Positions 1 through 10,200 of a stretch of DNA of 27,234 bases are shown piece by piece. The number at the start of each line of letters is the position of its first letter. Positions within the stretch are counted from its first letter, which is position 1. Source of the DNA: Utricularia gibba (lineage: Eukaryota > Plantae > Magnoliophyta); the NCBI GenBank assembly GCA_002189035.1, contig NEEC01000394.1, positions 1 through 27,234 of the forward strand. The letters run 5' to 3'. The notes beneath the pieces are model-generated. The model had not been told where the DNA came from and did no database searches. It was given only the letters and a program-made list of their open reading frames with translations. The translations under genes and the position numbers were made by a program.

Positions 1-2439
1 TTTTCGTCGAATGGGACCTTATTGTGCTGTGAAGTCAGACCGAACCTTGGGTCCGGACGAAGTTCCAACAACAGCACCGCCAAAAAACGACAACTTTTCC
101 TTGAAAAGCATGTAGGCAGCCGCCGAAAACCCAACGTTAATAAATGCATCACTTTTTTGGCCGGGCTAAAATGACTATGGGCCAGAGCGCGACTCGACCA
201 TTTGCTCGATACTAGTGCCAGCCTAGAGCACTCGTCAAATATAAATCAGGTTGTTGAGAAAACCATTTGGGGCGCTCATGACATCCTAACTTCATTAAAT
301 GCATCACGATTTTCATCGAGTAGGACCGATTGGGCTCAGGAGCCAGACCAAACCTTGGGCCCTTACAAAGCTGCCAACGACAGCACCCGCCTTAAAACGG
401 CAAGCTGTTGCTTGAAAAACCATGTGGGCAGCCGCCGAAACCCAACGTTAATAAATGCATCACTTCTTTTCGGGCTACAGCTGACTTGGGAGCCCGACCC
501 GAATTCCGGCCCGATCTCGGTGACCCACAAAAGCGCTTTCTCAAGTGTATAGCATGCTGTTGAAAAAAGCATTTGGGGTGGTCATGAGATCCTAACTTCA
601 ATAAAGGTATCACGATTTTCGTCGAATGGGACCTTATTGTGCTGTGAAGTCAGACCGAACCTTGGGTCCGGACGAAGTTCCCAACAACAGCACCCGCCAA
701 AAAACGACAACTTTTCCTTGAAAAAGCATGTAGGCAGCCGCCGAAAACCCAACGTTAATAAATGCATCACTTTTTTGGCCGGGCTACAAATGACTATGGG
801 CCAGAGCGCGACTCGACCATTTGCTCGATACTAGTGCCAGCCTAGAGCACCTCGTCAAATATAAATCAGGTTGTTGAGAAAACCATTTGGGGCGCTCATG
901 ACATCCTAACTTCATTAAATGCATCACGATTTTCATCGAGTAGGACCCGATTGGGCTCAGGAGCCAGACCAAACCTTGGGCCCTTACAAAGCTGCCAACG
1001 ACAGCACCCGCCTTAAAACGGCAAGCTGTTGCTTGAAAAACCATTTGGCAGCCGCCGAAACCCAACGTTAATAAATGCATCACTTCTTTTCCGGGCTACA
1101 GCTGACTTTGGGCCGAGCCCGACCCGAATCTGGCCCGATCTCGGTGACCCACAAAAGCGCTTCTCAAGTGTATAGCATGCTGTTGAAAAAGCATTTGGGG
1201 TGTCATGAGATCCTAACTTCAATAAAGGTATCACGATTTTCGTCGAATGGGACCTTATTGTGCTGTGAAGTCAGACCGAACCTTGGGTCCGGACGAAGTT
1301 CCCAACAACAGCACCGCCAAAAAACACAACTTTTCCTTGAAAAAGCATGTAGGCAGCCGCCGAAAACCCAACGTTAATAAATGCATCACTTTTTTGGCCG
1401 GGCTAAATGACTATGGGCCAGAGCGCGACTCGACCATTTGCTCGATACTAGTGCCAGCCTAAAGCACCTCGTCAATATAAATCAGGTTGTTGAGAAAACC
1501 ATTTGGGGCGCTCATGACATCCTAACTTCATTAAATGCATCACGATTTTCATCGAGTAGGACCGATTGGGCTCAGGAGCCAGACCAAACCTTGGGCCCTT
1601 ACAAAGCTGCCAACGACAGCACCCGCCTTAAAACGGCAAGCTGTTGCTTGAAAAACCATGTGGCAGCCGCCGAAACCCAACGTTATAAATGCATCACTTC
1701 TTTTCGGGCTACAGCTGACTTGGGCGAGCCCGACCCGAATTCCGGCGATCTCGTGACCCACAAAAGCGCTTTCTCAAGTGTATAGCATGCTGTTGAAAAA
1801 AGCATTTGGGGTGGTCATGAGATCCTAACTTCAATAAAGGTATCACGATTTTCGTCGAATGGGACCTTATTGTGCTGTGAAGTCAGACCGAACCTTGGGT
1901 CCGGACGAAGTTCCCAACAACAGCACCCGCCAAAAAACGACAACTTTTCCTTGAAAAAAGCATGTAGGCAGCCGCGAAAACCCAACGTTAATAAATGCAT
2001 CACTTTTTTGGCCGGGCTAAAATGACTATGGGCCAGAGCGCGACTCGACCATTTGCTCGATACTAGTGCCAGCTTAAAGCACCTCGTCGAATAAAAATCA
2101 GGTTGTTGAGAAAACCATTTGGGGCGCTCATGACATCCTAACTTCATTAAATGCATCACGATTTTCATCGAGTAGGACCCGATTGGGCTCAGGAGCCAGA
2201 CCAAACCTTGGGCCCTTACAAAGCTGCAAACGACAGCACCCGCCTTAAAACGGCAAGCTGTTGCTTGAAAAACCATGTGGGCAGCCGCCGACAACCAACG
2301 TTAATAAATGCATCACTTCTTTTGTCGGGCTACAGCTGACTTTGGGCCGAGCTCGACCCGAATTCCGGCCCGATCTCGGTGACCCACAAAGCGCCTTCTC
2401 AAGTGTATAGCATGCTGTTGAAAAAGCATTTGGGGTGGT

Positions 2440-3349
2440 CATGAGATCCTAACTTCAATAAAGGTATCACGATTTTCGTCGAATGGGACCTTATTGTGCT
2501 GTGAAGTCAGACCGAACCTTGGGTCCGGACGAAGTTCCCAACAACAGCACCCGCCAAAAAACGACAACTTTTCTTGAAAAAGCATGTAGGCAGCCGCCGA
2601 AAACCCAACGTTAATAAATGCATCACTTTTTTGGCCGGGCTACAAATGACTATGGGCCAGAGCGCGACTCGACCATTTGCTCGATACTAGTGCCAGCCTA
2701 GAGCACCTCGTCAAATATAAATCAGGTTGTTGAGAAACCATTTGGGGCGCTCATGACATCCTAACTTCATTAAATGCATCACGATTTTCATCGAGTAGGA
2801 CCCGATTGGGCTCAGGAGCCAGACCAAACCTTGGGCCCTTACAAAGCTGCCAACGACAGCACCCGCCTTAAAACGGCAAGCTGTTGCTTGAAAAACCATT
2901 TAGGCAGCCGCCGAAAACCAACGTTGATAAATGCATCACTTATTTTCCGGGCTACAACTGACTATGGGGAGCCCGACCCGACCTCTGGCGAGAGCGCAAA
3001 TATAAAGTAGAGTGTGGAGAAAACCATTGGGGTTCTCATGACATCCTAACAAAAGCAAATGCATCACGATTTTCATCGAGTAGGACCCGATTGGCTCAGG
3101 AGCCAGACCGAACCTTGGGCCTTACAAAGCTGCCAACGACAGCACCCGCCTTAAAACGGCAAGCTGTTGCTTGAAAAACCATGTGGGCAGCCGCCGACAA
3201 CCCAACGTTAATAAATGCATCACTTCTTTTGACGGGCTACAGCTGACTTTGTCCCCAAGCCCGACCCGAATTCCGGCCCGATCTCGGTGACCCACAAAAG
3301 CGCCTTCTCAAGTTTAAAGCATGCTGTTGAAAAAAGCATTTGGGGTGGT
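2440..3349. repeat. Isolated A-B'-C trimer within the left dimer domain (910 bp)
   Basis: B' starts at 2752 (285 bp, C-rich tract deleted) and C at 3037 with the AAAAGCAAATGC diagnostic. Confidence 0.9.
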
Positions 3350-3663
3350 CATGAGATCCTAACTTCAATAAAGGTATCACGATTTTCGTCGAATGGGACC
3401 TTATTGTGCTGTGAAGTCAGACCGAACCTTGGGTCCGGACGAAGTTCCCAACAACAGCACCCGCCAAAAAACGACAACTTTTCCTTGAAAAAGCATGTAG
3501 GCAGCCGCCGAAAACCCAACGTTAATAAATGCATCACTTTTTTGGCCGGGCTACAAATGACTATGGGCCAGAGCGCGACTCGACCATTTGCTCGATACTA
3601 GTGCCAGCCTAGAGCACCTCGTCAAATATAAATCAGGTTGTTGAGAAAACCATTTGGGGCGCT
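3350..3663. repeat. Representative monomer A (314 bp)
   Basis: Begins CATGAGATCCTAACTTCAATAAAGGTATCAC, contains TCCGGA (BspEI) and ACTAGT (SpeI), and ends ...CATTTGGGGCGCT. Confidence 0.95.
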
Positions 3664-3978
3664 CATGACATCCTAACTTCATTAAATGCATCACGATTTT
3701 CATCGAGTAGGACCCGATTGGGCTCAGGAGCCAGACCAAACCTTGGGCCCTTACAAAGCTGCCAACGACAGCACCCGCCTTAAAACGGCAAGCTGTTGCT
3801 TGAAAAACCATGTGGGCAGCCGCCGACAACCCAACGTTAATAAATGCATCACTTCTTTTGTCGGGCTACAGCTGACTTTGGGCCCGAGCTCGACCCGAAT
3901 TCCGGCCCGATCTCGGTGACCCACAAAAGCGCCTTCTCAAGTGTATAGCATGCTGTTGAAAAAAGCATTTGGGGTGGT
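3664..3978. repeat. Representative monomer B (315 bp)
   Basis: Begins CATGACATCCTAACTTCATTAAATGCATCAC, contains GAGCTC, GAATTC and GCATGC, and ends ...CATTTGGGGTGGT. Colinear with A; by hand 21 mismatches in the first 100 bp and 34 in a 100-bp stretch of the second half. Confidence 0.95.
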
Positions 3979-6443
3979 CATGAGATCCTAACTTCAATAA
4001 AGGTATCACGATTTTCGTCGAATGGGACCTTATTGTGCTGTGAAGTCAGACCGAACCTTGGGTCCGGACGAAGTTCCCAACAACAGCACCCGCCAAAAAA
4101 CGACAACTTTTCCTTGAAAAAGCATGTAGGCAGCCGCGAAAACCCAACGTTAATAAATGCATCACTTTTTTGGCCGGGCTACAAATGACTATGGGCCAGA
4201 GCGCGACTCGACCATTTGCTCGATACTAGTGCCAGCCTAGAGCACCTCGTCAAATATAAATCAGGTTGTTGAGAAAACCATTTGGGGCGCTCATGACATC
4301 CTAACTTCATTAAATGCATCACGATTTTCATCGAGTAGGACCGATTGGGCTCAGGAGCCAGACCAAACCTTGGGCCCTTACAAAGCTGCCAACGACAGCA
4401 CCCGCCTTAAAACGGCAAGCTGTTGCTTGAAAAACCATTTAGGCAGCCGCCGAAACCCAACGTTATAAATGCATCACTTATTTTCCGGGCTACAACTGAC
4501 TTGGGCCGAGCCGACCCGAATCCGGCCCGATCTCGGTGACCCACAAAAGCGCCTTCTCAAGTGTAAGCATGCTGTTGAAAAAGCATTTGGGGTGGTCATG
4601 AGATCCTAACTTCAATAAAGGTATCACGATTTTCGTCGAATGGGACCTTATTGTGCTGTGAAGTCAGACCGAACCTTGGGTCCGGACGAAGTTCCCAACA
4701 ACAGCACCCGCCAAAAAACGACAACTTTTCCTTGAAAAAGCATGTAGGCAGCCCGCGAAAACCCAACGTTAATAAATGCATCACTTTTTTGGCCGGGCTA
4801 AAATGACTATGGGCCAGAGCGCGACTCGACCATTTGCTCGATACTAGAGCCAGCTTAAGCACCTCGTCAATAAAAATCAGGTTGTTGAGAAAACCATTTG
4901 GGGCGCTCATGACATCCTAACTTCATTAAATGCATCACGATTTTCATCGAGTAGGACCCGATTGGGCTCAGGAGCCAGACCAAACCTTGGGCCCTTACAA
5001 AGCTGCCAACGACAGCACCCGCCTTAAAACGGCAAGCTGTTGCTTGAAAAACCATGTGGGCAGCCGCCGAAACCCAACGTTAATAAATGCATCACTTTTT
5101 TCCGGGCTACAGCTGACTTGGGCCGAGCCCGACCCGACCCGGCCGATCTCGGTGACCCACAAAAGCGCCTCTCAAGTGTATAGCATGCTTGAAAAAAGCA
5201 TTTGGGGTCATGAGATCCTAACTTCAATAAAGGTATCACGATTTTCGTCGAATGGGACCTTATTGTGCTGTGAAGTCAGACCGAACTTGGGTCCGGACGA
5301 AGTTCCCAACAACAGCACCCGCCAAAAAACGACAACTTTTCTTGAAAAAGCATGTAGGCAGCCGCCGAAAACCCAACGTTAATAAATGCATCACTTTTTT
5401 GGCCGGGCTGACTATGGGCAGAGCGCGACTCGACCATTTGCTCGATACTAGAGCCAGCTAAAGCACCTCGTCAATATAAATCAGGTTGTTGAGAAAACCA
5501 TTTGGGGCGCTCATGACATCCTAACTTCATTAAATGCATCACGATTTTCATCGAGTAGGACCCGATTGGGCTCAGGAGCCAGACCAAACCTTGGGCCCTT
5601 ACAAAGCTGCCAACGACAGCACCCGCCTTAAAACGGCAAGCTGTTGCTTGAAAAACCATTGGCAGCCGCCGAAACCCAACGTTAATAAATGCATCACTTC
5701 TTTTCCGGGCTACAGCTGACTTGGGCCCGAGCCCGACCGAATTCCGGCCCGATCTCGGTGACCCAAAAGCGCCTTCTCAAGTGTATAGCATGCTGTTGAA
5801 AAAAGCATTTGGGGTGGTCATGAGATCCTAACTTCAATAAAGGTATCACGATTTTCGTCGAATGGGACCTTATTGTGCTGTGAAGTCAGACCGAACCTTG
5901 GGTCGGACGAAGTTCCCAACAACAGCACCCGCCAAAAAACGACAACTTTTCCTTGAAAAAGCATGTAGGCAGCCGCCGAAAACCCAACGTTAATAAATGC
6001 ATCACTTTTTTGGCCGGGCTAAATGACTATGGGCCAGAGCGCGACTCGACCATTTGCTCGATACTAGAGCCAGCTTAAAGCACCTCGTCAATAAAAAATC
6101 AGGTTGTTGAGAAAACCATTTGGGGCGCTCATGACATCCTAACTTCATTAAATGCATCACGATTTTCATCGAGTAGGACCCGATTGGGCTCAGGAGCCAG
6201 ACCAAACCTTGGGCCCTTACAAAGCTGCCAACGACAGCACCCGCCTTAAAACGGCAAGCTGTTGCTTGAAAAACCATGTGGGCAGCCGCCGACAACCAAC
6301 GTTAATAAATGCATCACTTCTTTTGTCGGGCTACAGCTGACTTTGGGCCCGAGCTCGACCCGAATTCCGGCCCGATCTCGGTGACCCACAAAAGCGCCTT
6401 CTCAAGTGTATAGCATGCTGTTGAAAAAAGCATTTGGGGTGGT

Positions 6444-7272
6444 CATGAGATCCTAACTTCAATAAAGGTATCACGATTTTCGTCGAATGGGACCTTATTG
6501 TGCTGTGAAGTCAGACCGAACCTTGGGTCCGGACGAAGTTCCCAACAACAGCACCCGCCAAAAAACGACAACTTTTCCTTGAAAAAGCATGTAGGCAGCC
6601 GCCGAAAACCCAACGTTAATAAATGCATCACTTTTTTGGCCGGCTACAAATGACTATGGGCCAGAGCGCGACTCGACCATTTGCTCGATACTAGTGCCAG
6701 CCTAGAGCACCTCGTCAAATATAAATCAGGTTGTTGAGAAAACCATTTGGGCGCTCATGACATCCTAACTTCATTAAATGCATCACGATTTTCATCGAGT
6801 AGGACCCGATTGGGCTCAGGAGCCAGACCAAACCTTGGGCCCTTACAAAGCTGCCAACTTAAAACGGCAAGCTGTTGCTTGAAAAACCATTTAGGCAGCC
6901 GCCGAAAACCCAACGTTGATAAATGCATCACTTATTTTCCGGGCTACAACTGACTATAGCCCGACCCGACCTCTGGGCAACCCATTGGGGCTCATGACAT
7001 CCTAACCAAATGCATCACGATTTTCATCGAGTAGGACCGATTGGCTCAGGAGCCAGACCGAACCACAAAGCTGCCAACGACAGCACCGCCTTAAAACGGC
7101 AAGCTGTTGCTTGAAAAACCATGTGGGCAGCCGCCGACAACCAACGTTAATAAATGCATCACTTCTTTTGGGCTACAGCTGACTTTGGCCGACCCGAATT
7201 CCGGCCCGATCTCGGTGACCCACAAAAGCGCCTTCTCAAGTGCATGCTGTTGAAAAAAGCATTTGGGGTGGT
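6444..7272. repeat. Isolated, heavily deleted A-B'-C trimer (829 bp)
   Basis: B' at 6756 is 237 bp and C at 6993 is 280 bp. It retains the CATTTAGG, GTTGATAAATG and AACCCATTGGGG B' diagnostics. Confidence 0.85.
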
Positions 7273-10200
7273 CATGAGATCCTAACTTCAATAAAGGTAT
7301 CACGATTTTCGTCGAATGGGACCTTATTGTGCTGAAGTCAGACCGAACCTTGGGTCCGGACGAAGTTCCCAACAACAGCACCCGCCAAAAAACGACAACT
7401 TTTCCTTGAAAAAGCATGTAGGCAGCCGCCGAAAACCCAACGTTAATAAATGCATCACTTTTTTGGCCGGGCTACAAATGACTATGGGCCAGAGCGCGAC
7501 TCGACCATTTGCTCGATACTAGTGCCAGCCTAGAGCACCTCGTCAAATATAAATCAGGTTGTTGAGAAAACCATTTGGGGCGCTCATGACATCCTAACTT
7601 CATTAAATGCATCACGATTTTCATCGAGTAGGACCCGATTGGGCTCAGGAGCCAGACCAAACCTTGGGCCCTTACAAAGCTGCCAACGACAGCACCCGCC
7701 TTAAAACGGCAAGCTGTTGCTTGAAAAACCATGTGGGCAGCCGCCGACAACCCAACGTTAATAAATGCATCACTTCTTTCGGGCTACAGCTGACTTTGGG
7801 CCCGAGCTCGACCCGAATTCCGGCCCGATCTCGGTGACCCACAAAAGCGCCTTCTCAAGTGTATAGCATGCTGTTGAAAAAAGCATTTGGGGTGGTCATG
7901 AGATCCTAACTTCAATAAAGGTATCACGATTTTCGTCGAATGGGACCTTATTGTGCTGTGAAGTCAGACCGAACCTTGGGTCCGGACGAAGTTCCCAACA
8001 ACAGCACCCGCCAAAAAACGACAACTTTTCCTTGAAAAAGCATGTAGGCAGCCGCCGAAAACCCAACGTTAATAAATGCATCACTTTTTTGGCCGGGCTA
8101 CAAATGACTATGGGCCAGAGCGCGACTCGACCATTTGCTCGATACTAGTGCCAGCCTAGAGCACCTCGTCAAATAAATCAGGTTGTTGAGAAAACCATTT
8201 GGGGCGCTCATGACATCCTAACTTCATTAAATGCATCACGATTTTCATCGAGTAGGACCCGATTGGGCTCAGGAGCCAGACCAAACCTTGGGCCCTTACA
8301 AAGCTGCCAACGACAGCACCCGCCTTAAAACGGCAAGCTGTTGCTTGAAAAACCATGTGGCAGCCGCCGAAACCCAACGTTATAAATGCATCACTTCTTT
8401 TCGGGCTACAGCTGACTTTGGGCCCGAGCCCGACCCGAATCCGGCCCGATCTCGGTGACCCACAAAAGCGCCTTCTCAAGTGTATAGCATGCTGTTGAAA
8501 AAAGCATTTGGGGGTCATGAGATCCTAACTTCAATAAAGGTATCACGATTTTCGTCGAATGGGACCTTATTGTGCTGTGAAGTCAGACCGAACCTTGGGT
8601 CCGGACGAAGTTCCCAACAACAGCACCCGCCAAAAAAACGACAACTTTTCCTTGAAAAAGCATGTAGGCAGCCGCCGAAAACCCAACGTTAATAAATGCA
8701 TCACTTTTTTGCCGGGCTAAAATGACTATGGGCCAGAGCGCGACTCGACCATTTGCTCGATACTAGAGCCAGCTTAAAGCACCTCGTCAATAAAAATCAG
8801 GTTGTTGAGAAAACCATTTGGGGCGCTCATGACATCCTAACTTCATTAAATGCATCACGATTTTCATCGAGTAGGACCCGATTGGGCTCAGGAGCCAGAC
8901 CAAACCTTGGGCCCTTACAAAGCTGCCAACGACAGCACCCGCCTTAAAACGGCAAGCTGTTGCTTGAAAAACCATGTGGGCAGCCGCCGACAACCCAACG
9001 TTAATAAATGCATCACTTCTTTTGTCGGGCTACAGCTGACTTTGGGCCGAGCTCGACCCGAATTCCGGCCCGATCTCGGTGACCCACAAAAGCGCCTTCT
9101 CAAGTGTATAGCATGCTGTTGAAAAAAGCATTTGGGGTGGTCATGAGATCCTAACTTCAATAAAGGTATCACGATTTTCGTCGAATGGGACCTTATTGTG
9201 CTGTGAAGTCAGACCGAACCTTGGGTCCGGACGAAGTTCCCAACAACAGCACCCGCCAAAAAACGACAACTTTTCCTGAAAAAGCATGTAGGCAGCCGCC
9301 GAAAACCCAACGTTAATAAATGCATCACTTTTTTGGCCGGGCTACAAATGACTATGGGCCAGAGCGCGACTCGACCATTTGCTCGATACTAGTGCCAGCC
9401 TAGAGCACCTCGTCAAATATAAATCAGGTTGTTGAGAAAACCATTTGGGGCGCTCATGACATCCTAACTTCATTAAATGCATCACGATTTTCATCGAGTA
9501 GGACCCGATTGGGCTCAGGAGCCAGACCAAACCTTGGGCCCTTACAAAGCTGCCAACGACAGCACCCGCCTTAAAACGGCAAGCTGTTGCTTGAAAAACC
9601 ATTTAGGCAGCCGCCGAAAACCCAACGTTGATAAATGCATCACTTATTTTCCGGGCTACAACTGACTATGGGCGTGAGCCCGACCCGACCTCTGGCCCAA
9701 TCCAAAACCCCCGAGAGCGCCTTCTCAAATATAAAGTAGAGTGTGGAGAAAACCCATTGGGCTCATGACATCCTAACAAAAGCAAATGCATCACGATTTT
9801 CATCGAGTAGGACCCGATTGGGCTCAGGAGCCGACCGAACCTTGGGCCTTACAAAGCTGCCAACGACAGCACCCGCCTTAAAACGGCAAGCTGTTGCTTG
9901 AAAAACCATGTGGGCAGCCGCCGACAACCAACGTTAATAAATGCATCACTTCTTTTGACGGGCTACAGCTGACTTTGTCCCCAAAGCCCGACCCGAATTC
10001 CGGCCCGATCTCGGTGACCCACAAAAGCGCCTTCTCAAGTTTAAAGCATGCTGTTGAAAAAAGCATTTGGGGTGGTCATGAGATCCTAACTTCAATAAAG
10101 GTATCACGATTTTCGTCGAATGGGACCTTATTGTGCTGTGAAGTCAGACCGAACCTTGGGTCCGGACGAAGTTCCCAACAACAGCACCCGCCAAAAAACG

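Larger units (their letters stand above)
1..9141. repeat. Left domain: mainly A-B dimer HOR (~610-630 bp) with two isolated trimers
   Basis: A starts at 583, 1204, 1816, 2440, 3350, 3979, 4597, 5209, 5819, 6444, 7273, 7897, 8516. B units here carry TTGGG(C)CCGAG-type 3' alleles. The units at 2440 and 6444 are A-B'-C trimers. Confidence 0.93.

Noticed and set aside
617-632. CENP-B-box-like motif TTTCGTCGAATGGGA in monomer A
   Set aside because: The consensus NTTCGNNNNANNCGGGN needs 7 nt between TTCG and CGGG. Here the spacing is 5 nt and the motif is TGGG; the minus strand also fails.
855-870. TATA-like AATATAAAT and AATAAA words as promoter or polyadenylation signals
   Set aside because: They recur in every repeat unit with no associated transcribed feature, and such short words are uninformative without expression data.
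3641-3799. Assignment to rice CentO or maize CentC because of the ~156-bp unit
   Set aside because: Only the length is similar; I do not recognise their sequence motifs here. A BLAST search would be needed to exclude it formally.
3800-3955. Further ~78-bp (or shorter) sub-repeat inside the 157-bp half
   Set aside because: Comparing the two 78-bp halves by eye gave no convincing alignment; the recurring CCCGA/GGCCC words are explained by local GC richness.
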